From: a virus | Taxonomy: Duplodnaviria; Caudoviricetes | Strand: one strand, 5' to 3' | Length of the DNA: 64,000 nucleotides | IMG/VR virus record: IMGVR_UViG_2645727757_000001 | Span: 121,365 to 185,364 of that record | Part shown: positions 1 through 9,016 of the stretch, piece after piece | Layout of the letters: every line of letters starts with the position of its first letter | Numbering within the stretch: position 1 is the stretch's first letter | Made by a program: the position numbers and the translations under genes | Notes under the pieces: model-generated | Told to the model about the DNA's origin: nothing | The model's input: the letters and a program-made list of their open reading frames with translations, nothing else | Databases searched by the model: none

Positions 1-1600
1 TTCTTAATCTTGAATTACCATCTATAGCTATCTTTAAAGTTGCTAAATTTAAATCTTTATATGCTTCTAAGAAGTAATCTAATTCAGCTTTACTCATTAA
101 TCCTAAATCCTCTGTAGCTTTAGCTAAAAATTCAACTGTAGCAGATGCTTGACCATCACAAGCTGTATTACAGATATAGTTATCTCTAATGAATTTAGGG
201 ATTAATTTTTCACATAAATAGCCATCTGGTAACATGAATCTATTTAATTTAGATTTTAAATCATAATTTCCAGTTTCAGTTTTCTTTAATATAACATCAC
301 CAAATGGTTTTATTATTTCCTCTGGAATTATGCAAGTAGATTCAGCTATTTCAACGTTATCTTTAATAACTTTAATCATAGGTTTTAGTGAAGTTGATTT
401 TGAGTTAGTAGCAGCTAGAGCTTTACGTCCATCATATTTACTAACATTACATTTACCATTTTCATCTAATATAGCACTAGGATCACCGCATAATAGTCTA
501 TTAGCAACAGTTGTCCATTTTTCTGATGAATAAGTTATTCTACTTTGTCTAGCTTGTGAGAAACTTCTAGAACAAGGATTAAAATGTCTATTAAGTTCTT
601 CATCGTAATATCCTTCCATTATAATGAATTTTACTTTTTCTAAAAGTATTTCTTTTGATTCTTCAAAGCAAGTCTTTCTTTCAGCTTTAGATAAATCCTT
701 ATATACGTATCCTCTTGATTTAATATTATCCATTACCATTCTATTAGTTACACTTCCATTGAAAGTTGAGAAGTTGTATAGTTGATATTGAACTGTTCCA
801 TCTTCTAAAGTAACCTTAGAACCAAATTCTCTAGCTAATCTTGATTCAGATATTTTTTCTTTACATTTAGCTTCTTTAGGTAATACATATTTTCCGTTTT
901 TGAATACTATATCATCAATAGTAAACATCTTAGTGTGATATTGGTTTTTCTTAATCCTAGGTCTGTTTATATAGTATTCAGCTAATGATTTAATGCTATC
1001 TAATTCGATGTAGTTCATTAATCTTACAGCTTCGCTATTGAATATGAATATATCGTTATTTGCCCCGTATAGGGAATCTTCTGTGTCTACTTCGACTGAT
1101 TCTCTTATGAACTTTTTATCGAATGTTACACCATCAACGTATCTTGCCATTTTCTTAAAGTTTATGGCAGTAACAACTGAACAACCTTCTACATATTCAC
1201 TATCTTCATTTGGTACAACTGTTCCAAAGATTTTCTTTATTAATTTATAATCATCAGTATTAGTTATTTTGATTATATTACCTTCGTTCTTTAATATTAA
1301 GAAACCTTCAACTGTTCCTTCGATTATTCCTCTCTTGTATTTTCTAACTAGTGAAGGTCTTTTTCCAGAGTACTTTTTAGTAACTAAACCGCCTTGTGGT
1401 AATACAGTTATACCGTTGCTTATTTTATAGTTAACTGTATTTTGAGAAGAGCTTAAAAGAGATTTGTTCAATAACATACTATTGAATCTTTCCATTAAAG
1501 CATTAATCATTGTTTCCTTAGTATTAGTAGCATCCATACCTGTTAATGAACATAATTCTTCCTTGTTTAATCTCTTTAATAAATTTTCTAATTTTTTCAT
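1..1600 (-). CDS. Partial (runs off window) YonO-like / RdRP-like single-subunit DNA-dependent RNA polymerase
   Basis: Manual translation from ATG at 1600 (RBS AAGGAG upstream) is open to position 1 (about 533 codons, MKKLENLLKRLNKEELCS...). Ordered motifs SRSFSQARQSRITY, SKYDGRKALAATNS and NTACDGQASAT match the SxSQxR, KxxxRxxLxxS and DGxG motifs of RdRP/YonO two-barrel polymerases. The catalytic DxDGD would lie outside the window. Confidence 0.62.
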   Translation of the reverse strand, partial: MKKLENLLKRLNKEELCSLTGMDATNTKETMINALMERFNSMLLNKSLLSSSQNTVNYKISNGITVLPQGGLVTKKYSGKRPSLVRKYKRGIIEGTVEGFLILKNEGNIIKITNTDDYKLIKKIFGTVVPNEDSEYVEGCSVVTAINFKKMARYVDGVTFDKKFIRESVEVDTEDSLYGANNDIFIFNSEAVRLMNYIELDSIKSLAEYYINRPRIKKNQYHTKMFTIDDIVFKNGKYVLPKEAKCKEKISESRLAREFGSKVTLEDGTVQYQLYNFSTFNGSVTNRMVMDNIKSRGYVYKDLSKAERKTCFEESKEILLEKVKFIIMEGYYDEELNRHFNPCSRSFSQARQSRITYSSEKWTTVANRLLCGDPSAILDENGKCNVSKYDGRKALAATNSKSTSLKPMIKVIKDNVEIAESTCIIPEEIIKPFGDVILKKTETGNYDLKSKLNRFMLPDGYLCEKLIPKFIRDNYICNTACDGQASATVEFLAKATEDLGLMSKAELDYFLEAYKDLNLATLKIAIDGNSRLR

Positions 1601-1704
1601 AATTTTAACACTCCTTTTATTCAAATCATAATTTTTATAAAGCACTTAGTAATAAAGCAATAAAAAAGAGGAAGCCAATTTTTTTGACTTCCACTTAGTA
1701 AAAC

Positions 1705-2064
1705 CTATTTAATTAACTTAGATAGATTTTCTCCAATTTCAAAATCTATTTTCTTATTAGTTTTCTTATCAATAATCCTTAGTTTATTATCATATACCAA
1801 AGTATAATTACTTTTGTCATTAGTTAATATAGAATCATTAGTTTTACTCTCATTTTTAGCTTTAGTTACTTTAGGTTCTTTTTCAATTATATCTGGAATA
1901 AAATCCACTTCTATAACTTCAACTTCCTTTTTATTGCTTAGTGTATAAAAGTCTTTTAGTAAGTTTTTTAGTGAATTAAAATTTTCTTTTGTATAATTAT
2001 CCTTTGATGCATTAAGAGCAACTGCAAGATCATATATTGCTTTATTCATTTTATCCATATACAA
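1705..2064 (-). CDS. Hypothetical protein
   Basis: 119-aa ORF with GGAGG RBS, in leftward operon. Confidence 0.7.
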   Translation of the reverse strand: MYMDKMNKAIYDLAVALNASKDNYTKENFNSLKNLLKDFYTLSNKKEVEVIEVDFIPDIIEKEPKVTKAKNESKTNDSILTNDKSNYTLVYDNKLRIIDKKTNKKIDFEIGENLSKLIK

Positions 2065-2069
2065 ACCTC

Positions 2070-2540
2070 CTAATAAATTGATGAATTAAAGTATTTTCTT
2101 TGGCAAGTATAACAATAATACTTACCTTCATGTTTAGTTCCTTCTGCTTTGTGCATATGCCTTTCTATGAAGTCAACTGTTCTCTTTTGTAATCTCTTTC
2201 CACACAAATCACAATGTTTATTACTAAGGGTTTTATCTTTGCTAAAGTTATCATTATAATTATCTTTACAGTAAAGTTTTTCTAGAGCTATATCTGTACA
2301 ATTAATAACTTCAACCTTGTTATCTATGATAAGAACTAAACTAGGTTTACCGTTTATTTCTCTTATATCCAATATAGGTTTAGATACAGCTTTTACTTCT
2401 TCAATAACGTTAACCTCTATATTATCTTTATCTTTGTGAATAAGGTCAGGTATACTATCGAAAGTACACCCTTCTTCTTCTTTTAGTATGAAGTTATCCA
2501 ATATATCAAGATCATCTAAGGAAATATCGAATTCATTCAT
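2070..2540 (-). CDS. Hypothetical protein with C-terminal CxxC...CxxC zinc finger
   Basis: HCDLCG and YCYTCQ motifs; overlaps upstream stop. Confidence 0.7.
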   Translation of the reverse strand: MNEFDISLDDLDILDNFILKEEEGCTFDSIPDLIHKDKDNIEVNVIEEVKAVSKPILDIREINGKPSLVLIIDNKVEVINCTDIALEKLYCKDNYNDNFSKDKTLSNKHCDLCGKRLQKRTVDFIERHMHKAEGTKHEGKYYCYTCQRKYFNSSIY

Positions 2541-3424
2541 TATTTATCTTCCTCCATTTCTTCTAATCTTTTTCTTAATTTAGAAATTAATTCTTCATTT
2601 CTCTTTATTGCATCTTCTGTTTCCTTCTTAGATACTTCAACTTTAAAAGCATCCTTTTTGTTTAATATATTGTGGTCGAAGCTTCTCTTAATACTCTTAC
2701 AAGCTCCTACAGTTTCTTTGCAAGTGTTATAACCAACTCTAACTATTAAAGTAACGCCAACTACTAAAGTATTTACAGCAAACTTAGCAATACCTAGAAA
2801 TACAGCAGCTAATCCTATAACAAATATTCCAAATTTAGCGAAGATATTTATTATTGTTGGGTGCATTTCCTCGATATTGTATGCTTTCTCTTCTAAACTA
2901 GCTTTTAAATCTTTCAACATTTTTGAAGACTTGTTTTCTTCTCCATCAGTTATTTCTTCAACTTCCTTAATTCTTTTGTTTAATGCTGTTATTAATTCGT
3001 AGTAACCTGCTTCTGGAGTTGAGTTTAATATCTTTTCTACTCTAGTTTTTCCAATGAATCTAAATGATTTATTAACATCACCTTCTAATATCTTTAAATC
3101 TTCCTCTAGTTTCTTAACTTCCTCTTCTGTAGCTTGTCTTTCTTTCGCTTCTTCTTCTGCCTTTACTTCTTTTGCAGCTTCTGTAAATAACTTATCAAAG
3201 AAATCTTTATCTAGGTCTTCCTCATTTTCAGCTACTTCGTATTTTCTTCCCATTTCTTTTAGTACCTCTTCAAAGTCTTTGTCTTCTTCATCAACTATAA
3301 CAACAGCATCTTTAAATTTGCTGAATAGATATAGCATAGCTTTTCTGATGTTTTCTTCATTTCTGTCAAGGTTGAATTTAACAGTTTTTTCCATTGAGTT
3401 TGTAGTGAATTTCATTTTGAACAT
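2540..3424 (-). CDS. Coiled-coil protein with a hydrophobic, possibly membrane-spanning segment
   Basis: 294 aa, E/K-rich, hydrophobic stretch IFAKFGIFVIGLAAVFLGIAKFAVNTLVVGVTLIV; RBS GGAGGTG. Confidence 0.7.
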   Translation of the reverse strand: MFKMKFTTNSMEKTVKFNLDRNEENIRKAMLYLFSKFKDAVVIVDEEDKDFEEVLKEMGRKYEVAENEEDLDKDFFDKLFTEAAKEVKAEEEAKERQATEEEVKKLEEDLKILEGDVNKSFRFIGKTRVEKILNSTPEAGYYELITALNKRIKEVEEITDGEENKSSKMLKDLKASLEEKAYNIEEMHPTIINIFAKFGIFVIGLAAVFLGIAKFAVNTLVVGVTLIVRVGYNTCKETVGACKSIKRSFDHNILNKKDAFKVEVSKKETEDAIKRNEELISKLRKRLEEMEEDK

Positions 3425-3713
3425 AAAGCACCTCCATTGAGCGGGTAGGTCATTGCCTATATATCCACATACTCTGTGCCAAAAAACATTTCAAAAGATA
3501 AACTCCATATAGTAGGGGTACCCCATGAAACATTTTTTTATTTCAAGGGTTATATATATAGGTACTGCCAGAAAATATATCTAATTTTTTTGGGCTAGGG
3601 TGATCCAAATTAACGGTCATTTTGAAGTGATAAGGCGGGGTTTGGGCGCAAAAAAAATATACTAGCTTAGAAAAGCTAGTATATATAACTAAATTTTTTG
3701 GTACATAACATAG

Positions 3714-3756
3714 AAATGTTACAAATTTAAAGTTTTCTGGAGTATATAAAGAGGTA
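3714..3756 (+). promoter_or_regulatory. Conserved 43-bp upstream motif, copy 1 (candidate phage-specific promoter)
   Basis: aaatgttacaaatttaaagttttctggagtatataaagaggta; 37/43 identical to 13685..13727. Confidence 0.6.
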
Positions 3757-3826
3757 TAGGAGCTAAATATATCAAAACAAAGTTTTGCTATATTAGCAAT
3801 AATATAAATGCTAGGAGGTATAGCTT

Positions 3827-4093
3827 ATGGCAATTAAAATGGTAGTTGATGAAATAAGGCGTTTAAGCCAAGAAGAAGGCTTAAACGATTTGGAAATAGC
3901 CAAGATACTAGGATGCTCCCAGTCAACTGTGAGCCGAGCGAGATCTTCTAACAATATACCAAGGTATAATGTTAGAAATCGAAAGGATAAGAGCTATGTA
4001 TGTCTTTCCTGCAATAAAGAAATCTTTATAGCACGAAAGGAAAAAGTTAAGCTTTATTGTCCTGAATGTAAAGAAAAAAGGCAGAAAAAATAG
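3827..4093 (+). CDS. HTH DNA-binding protein with C-terminal zinc ribbon
   Basis: GLNDLEIAKILGCSQSTVSR HTH; CLSC...CPEC. Confidence 0.75.
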   Translation: MAIKMVVDEIRRLSQEEGLNDLEIAKILGCSQSTVSRARSSNNIPRYNVRNRKDKSYVCLSCNKEIFIARKEKVKLYCPECKEKRQKK

Positions 4094-4097
4094 CTAA

Positions 4098-4291
4098 AAA
4101 AAAAATTTTGGCCCCTGGCTAAAAATAGCCAAGGGCCGTGTTATAAAATAAAAAAGGTAAAATAGTAATGTAATATATTTAAAAGAGGAAAGCCGAGTTA
4201 AAAACTCGACTACAACTCTACAATAACACTTTTCTAAGTAGATTCCATAAATATTCTCGAAGTAAATGGAGGAGCCATGAGTAAGGTCCCC
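4098..4291 (-). ncRNA. Putative ~190-nt small RNA (may encode 14-aa peptide MAPPFTSRIFMEST)
   Basis: Minus-strand TTTACA(4326-4321)-17 bp-TAAAAT(4303-4298) promoter; ends at the 4109-4137 hairpin followed by a T tract; internal hairpins. Confidence 0.5.
4109..4137. terminator. Probable bidirectional intrinsic terminator
   Basis: ggcccctggcta-aaaa-tagccaagggcc hairpin with flanking A tract. Confidence 0.65.
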
Positions 4292-4333
4292 AAAAGTATT
4301 TTATCTTATTTTTACAATTTTGTAAATAATTTT

Positions 4334-5359
4334 TTAAGTAATATATTTATTTTTATAAGAGGAATTTTCAACCTTGCTTCTAATTGCATCGCTACAATCA
4401 AGTAGAATTTGTATGGCCATCTTGCTATAAATAATAACAACAAATGGTTTCTTATAATATGCTTTTATTACATATCTACGCATTAGGTAATCACCTATAA
4501 ATTCCATTACTATTTTGTCTTTGCATGATATTGTTAATCCCATTCTTGTAATATTAGCTGATTTTTCAAAAATCCCTTCAATAAAAGCATCTTGGTACTC
4601 TATTGGTATATTTAAGCCTTTGTTCGTAATGAAAGATTTAAAATCATTTATCAAATTAACGTCCCTTGATTTCATTAAATATGATGTTTGTCCCGATTTT
4701 ATAATTGTTGGTTTAATTAAAAATACTTCATCAACAATTAACTCTAATAATTCCACTTGCTTTATAGGTAAAGTAAATGTTATTTCATATTTGTTTACAG
4801 CTACATTTTTTATATTGTAAGTAGAAAACATTACACCTAAAATATAAGCCTTGCTATTGTCAAGTTTATTAAAATATCCTATTTTATAAGGTGCTTTAAC
4901 TGAATTTAAAAGTGTTCTAATTTTTTTATGATGTAGTATTCTTTCTACTTTTCTATTACTTAAATTTACCTCTTTAGCTATATCTGGAACTTTTTTACCA
5001 CCAATATAATCATTAACTATAATATTAACTATATTTTTATCAAGTTCATCAATAAATAAAAGTTCTTTTTTTCTTGAATTAATTATTGTATTAATAGTTG
5101 AATATGATAATCCATATCTTTCTGCTATTTTTCTTGTTGCACACCCATCTAAATATTCTTTATATATTTTATCTTTTTCCTTTTCGGAAGCTCTTCTAAA
5201 CTTCCCATTAGCTACTTTATCGCCTAAATTTCTTTTTATAGTTTCAGCAGAAACCTCATAAAGTTCTCCAATTTCTTTGAGGCTCATTCCAGATTCATAC
5301 ATATTTTTTATAGTTTCTATATCTTCAAATGATATTTTCCTTTTTCCCATGTTCCTCAC
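4334..5359 (-). CDS. Multi-HTH plus degenerate LAGLIDADG-like protein, paralogue 1
   Basis: Three HTH repeats (e.g. GMSLKEIGELYEVSAETIKR); YFNKLDNSKAYILGVMFST and IPIEYQDAFIEGIFEKS align to the LAGLIDADG helices but lack DG. Confidence 0.7.
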   Translation of the reverse strand: MRNMGKRKISFEDIETIKNMYESGMSLKEIGELYEVSAETIKRNLGDKVANGKFRRASEKEKDKIYKEYLDGCATRKIAERYGLSYSTINTIINSRKKELLFIDELDKNIVNIIVNDYIGGKKVPDIAKEVNLSNRKVERILHHKKIRTLLNSVKAPYKIGYFNKLDNSKAYILGVMFSTYNIKNVAVNKYEITFTLPIKQVELLELIVDEVFLIKPTIIKSGQTSYLMKSRDVNLINDFKSFITNKGLNIPIEYQDAFIEGIFEKSANITRMGLTISCKDKIVMEFIGDYLMRRYVIKAYYKKPFVVIIYSKMAIQILLDCSDAIRSKVENSSYKNKYIT

Positions 5360-5360
5360 C

Positions 5361-6395
5361 TTATATGTTTAGTTTTTCATAATATTCTCTATAATTACTA
5401 TTTAAAGCACGATCGATAAGTTCTGGATGCTCTCTTAATAAGCTTTCTATACTTTTTTTATTTATTACAAGAACACTATTCTTTGTTATAGTACTGTGTA
5501 TTATTTCTAATTTATCAAAGTAATTTAATATACCATTTAAATAATTTTGATCTTTAAATAGTATTCTTATTCCAGGTCTAACGATTCTTAAAGAATACAT
5601 AAAGTAACCTTTAAAGAATGAATGTAAATATTTTTCTGGTATATTAATATCACCTTCCATTCCATAACTGATTAGATCATCAAGTATTTCTTTGCTATTA
5701 AATTTTGCAATAAAATTATTATCATGGCATTTATGGATATTAATAGTTCCTACTGATGTTAATTCATCTAGCAGCTCTCTTACAACAGGAATCATTTCTT
5801 TAGTCAATGAAAAACATACACAATGTTTTCTATATGCATGTTTTGATATGCATGACATAGAAAATATTAATCCCATATTATAAGCTTTTTTATCATCTAA
5901 ATTTTTAAAATAATCCGCTTTCAATACAACGCCTCGTGTATTTTCCAAGTTATTATATTGAATTATTTTATGAATAGTGCCATATGCTAATTTATATTTT
6001 TTAGCTATTTTTGCAATGGCAAGATTGTTTTTGTAATCTTCTTTTATTCCCTCTAATATTTCATTATCTAAATTTGAAATAAATTCTGTGTGATTAGATT
6101 TAAATTTAATTGTCTGTACTATTGTTTCCATAGAAGTGTTATATTCTTTACTTAAATCTTCAACACTTTTTCCAGCTAAATAGTCTTTGTATAATCTATT
6201 TTTATCTGATATTGATAAATAATCACACCCTCTTTTTTTAATTGAGTTATTTATTCCATAGTCTTCTCTTTTTAACCAATAATATATTGTTGTTCTTGTT
6301 ACATCAAACATATTAGCTATTTCAACTATAGAAAGACCACTATCATATAAAGTCTTTATAGTTAATAAATCTTCTTCGTCTATCTTGTTACGCAT
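5361..6395 (-). CDS. Multi-HTH plus degenerate LAGLIDADG-like protein, paralogue 2
   Basis: GLSIVEIANMFDVTRTTIYYWL; YFKNLDDKKAYNMGLIFSM; IPEKYLHSFFKGYFMYS. Confidence 0.7.
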   Translation of the reverse strand: MRNKIDEEDLLTIKTLYDSGLSIVEIANMFDVTRTTIYYWLKREDYGINNSIKKRGCDYLSISDKNRLYKDYLAGKSVEDLSKEYNTSMETIVQTIKFKSNHTEFISNLDNEILEGIKEDYKNNLAIAKIAKKYKLAYGTIHKIIQYNNLENTRGVVLKADYFKNLDDKKAYNMGLIFSMSCISKHAYRKHCVCFSLTKEMIPVVRELLDELTSVGTINIHKCHDNNFIAKFNSKEILDDLISYGMEGDINIPEKYLHSFFKGYFMYSLRIVRPGIRILFKDQNYLNGILNYFDKLEIIHSTITKNSVLVINKKSIESLLREHPELIDRALNSNYREYYEKLNI

Positions 6396-6416
6396 TCCCT
6401 AACCTCTCCCATATTG

Positions 6417-7418
6417 TTAATTGTATAATTTAATAAAACTCTTAATGTTTTCTTCCCCTTCTATCTTTGCACATTTTGATTTTACTTTTGTTGCAACAAT
6501 TCCATTTTCAGCTAAGTATTCTAATATAAAATCTTTTGTACCAGTATTTTTATATTTTATATTTACAACATCTTCTTTAATTTCACATGAATATTCCAAA
6601 TAACCTTTTACAAATTGTTTTATAAGATTATTTGGAATTTTTGGAGTACCTAAAATATCAAATTTATTTATTAAATCATCAATAAATTTTGGACTCCTTA
6701 CCCTAAGATAACAAGATCTTTTGTTTGCAATAGGCTTAGGATAAGTAGTTAAATATATAGACTTTCCTATCTCGTCAAGTAAGTAACGGTATTTATTTGA
6801 TACTGTCAGCACAAGCATACTTTCTTCTTTACCGTAGTCATTTTGGAATTTAAATGTTGAGTATATAATGCCTAGTATATATGCCTTGTGCTCGTCTAGG
6901 TTATCAAAATAATTTTTTACTAACCTATTTTTAGCTTCTCTTACACCAGTAAAATCTTTAGAGCCAACTTGTACAAGTATAATGTTTAATGTTTCCTCAC
7001 AAATATTAAATTTTTTAGAAATATCTTTAATTGTTGCATTATTTTCATAGTCTTTTATAATGTCATCTAATACATCATTATACTTTGTTAGTGTTTTCTC
7101 TCTTAAAAATCCCTTATTCTTTCTTGCATATCTATATATGCTAGAAATAGGAACATTGTATTTTTTAGACAACCTTTCAAATGGTATACCCTTTAAAAAT
7201 TCTTTATATATTAATTCATATTTTTCTTTTTCAATCTTTCTTTGGTTTCTAATAATGTCCTTGTCATATTTTCCAATCCAATACATTATAGTTCTTCTGT
7301 CTACCTCGTACATTTTTCCTATTTCAGAAGCACTAAGACCTTCCTTGTATAGATTAACAATATTAATAGCATCATCTTCTGTTATTTTTCTATTACTTTT
7401 CACAATAAAACACCTCAA
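6417..7418 (-). CDS. Multi-HTH plus degenerate LAGLIDADG-like protein, paralogue 3
   Basis: GLSASEIGKMYEVDRRTIMYWI; YFDNLDEHKAYILGIIYST; IPNNLIKQFVKGYLEYS. Confidence 0.7.
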   Translation of the reverse strand: MRCFIVKSNRKITEDDAINIVNLYKEGLSASEIGKMYEVDRRTIMYWIGKYDKDIIRNQRKIEKEKYELIYKEFLKGIPFERLSKKYNVPISSIYRYARKNKGFLREKTLTKYNDVLDDIIKDYENNATIKDISKKFNICEETLNIILVQVGSKDFTGVREAKNRLVKNYFDNLDEHKAYILGIIYSTFKFQNDYGKEESMLVLTVSNKYRYLLDEIGKSIYLTTYPKPIANKRSCYLRVRSPKFIDDLINKFDILGTPKIPNNLIKQFVKGYLEYSCEIKEDVVNIKYKNTGTKDFILEYLAENGIVATKVKSKCAKIEGEENIKSFIKLYN

Positions 7419-7429
7419 TTAAATAAAAT

Positions 7430-8464
7430 TTAAGCCAGTAAATTTTTATAATATTCCTTATCCTCGCCTTTTAGTGCTCTTTCTTTTAGTATCTTAACTT
7501 TATTTAATATAAGTCTTCTAGAACCCCTTTTAGATATGACAATTGATTTAGCTCTAATTTTGTAATCTTCTATTCCTATACCTGTAAGGTATTTTTTGAA
7601 AAATTCTAAATAAATATTATTTTTAACTGATATATACACACAGTATCTTTCAATTCTACTTGCATACATACAATATCCATTTACGAAACTATCTAAATAT
7701 TTTTCTGGTATATTAATACTTGATTCCATTCCGTATTTAAGTAAATCTTTACTTATCTTTCCTTTTGGTAGTCTAAATTTATAACCTTTATCCTCTCCAC
7801 CATTTATTGAAGGTTTACAGTTATTAAAAAGTTCTTCAACAACCTTTTCTAATAAATACTTATATTTAGCTCCAACGGAAAACATTACTACCTTTTCATT
7901 TGAATAATCTGGTGTAAATTTTGCTGTGCTAAAAATAATTCCTAAAATTTCTGCTTTATTATTATTTAAAGTTTTAAAATAATCGTGATTAGTAACTAAC
8001 TTTATAGTTGTCTTTTCTATAAGATTTAGTTCCATAAGGAAAATTTTTAATATAGGCTTTGATATCCTATATTTTTTAAGCATATCGTTAAATTCAACTT
8101 TATTATTAAAATCTTCAACTAGATTATCTTTTATTTTTTCAAACTTAGCTCTTGATTTTTCACTTATTATACCTAATTTGCAATATAATCTATATGATAT
8201 TGTTAGCTTACTTAGGCTTGTGCTTCTTTCAATTTCAGATATACTGTATCCATCTCTGTACAATTCAGCAACTAATTCTTCCTCTTCTTCGATGTTAGTA
8301 TTAGTATCTTTTAACGGAAAATCAAAATTGTATCTGTTAACCCAGTATATAATTTTAGATTTTGTGATATCGTACATATCTGCAACTTCTTGTAACGAAT
8401 ATCCGTTTTCCCTAAACTGTTTCATGCACTTTAAATCATCAATGTCTATTTTTACATTTCCCAT
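7430..8464 (-). CDS. Multi-HTH plus degenerate LAGLIDADG-like protein, paralogue 4
   Basis: GYSLQEVADMYDITKSKIIYWV; YFKTLNNNKAEILGIIFST; IPEKYLDSFVNGYCMYA. Confidence 0.7.
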   Translation of the reverse strand: MGNVKIDIDDLKCMKQFRENGYSLQEVADMYDITKSKIIYWVNRYNFDFPLKDTNTNIEEEEELVAELYRDGYSISEIERSTSLSKLTISYRLYCKLGIISEKSRAKFEKIKDNLVEDFNNKVEFNDMLKKYRISKPILKIFLMELNLIEKTTIKLVTNHDYFKTLNNNKAEILGIIFSTAKFTPDYSNEKVVMFSVGAKYKYLLEKVVEELFNNCKPSINGGEDKGYKFRLPKGKISKDLLKYGMESSINIPEKYLDSFVNGYCMYASRIERYCVYISVKNNIYLEFFKKYLTGIGIEDYKIRAKSIVISKRGSRRLILNKVKILKERALKGEDKEYYKNLLA

Positions 8465-8571
8465 ATCTTTCCTCCCTAAGTATATCTTAAAACAAATATT
8501 CCACTGTATAATTTTATATATTTATCCATACAGTTCTTTTATTCCCATTACATCACAATTTTACAATATGA

Positions 8572-8671
8572 AAAAAAATAAGGCAAATTATTAAATAAAA
8601 TAATTTGCCTTGAACTAGGAATACAACTAGGAATGCATCATGCACTGTAATATTTTTACAGTAGGTTTTGT
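8572..8671 (-). ncRNA. Putative ~100-nt small RNA
   Basis: Minus-strand TTTACT(8706-8701)-17-TAATAT(8683-8678) with TG extension; terminator aaggcaaatta...taatttgcctt plus T tract; no convincing ORF. Confidence 0.45.
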
Positions 8672-8758
8672 ATATATATATTAACATTTTATTGAAAAAT
8701 AGTAAATTATTTTTTTGCATAACCTTTACAACATTTATTTCATGTTATAAAATGGAAG

Positions 8759-8960
8759 TGTAATATTACTTACAGGATTATTTATTGGGTTTTTTATTTT
8801 TTTAATGTATAGTGAGCCGATTTGCTTCCTTGTATAATCTTTTCGTGATTTTTTTCCCAATAAAATTCTCCTGAAGTAATTCTTTGTGTATTGCATAATA
8901 AGTATATACAAAATATAAGCACCATCAGAAACCTAATGTTAACGCATTGGGTTTTCTCTA
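8759..8960 (+). ncRNA. Putative ~200-nt structured RNA (rod with central bubble)
   Basis: TTTACA(8725-30)-17-TAAAAT(8748-53); 8765-8789 pairs with 8856-8880; terminator-like gaaacctaatg/cattgggtttt near 8927-8958. Confidence 0.5.
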
Positions 8961-9016
8961 TTTAGTAATTAAAATAAAGAAAAAATTATTATAAAAAATG
9001 AAAAATTATAATATAC

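Noticed and set aside
4268-4291. tRNA or tmRNA gene starting GGGG
   Set aside because: No T-loop GTTCGA motif or acceptor stem/CCA end found
330-8594. Short plus-strand ORFs (330, 1038, 3054, 4515, 5692, 6421, 7060, 8178) and similar antisense ORFs within structural genes
   Set aside because: Shadow frames opposite longer genes that have RBSs and recognisable motifs
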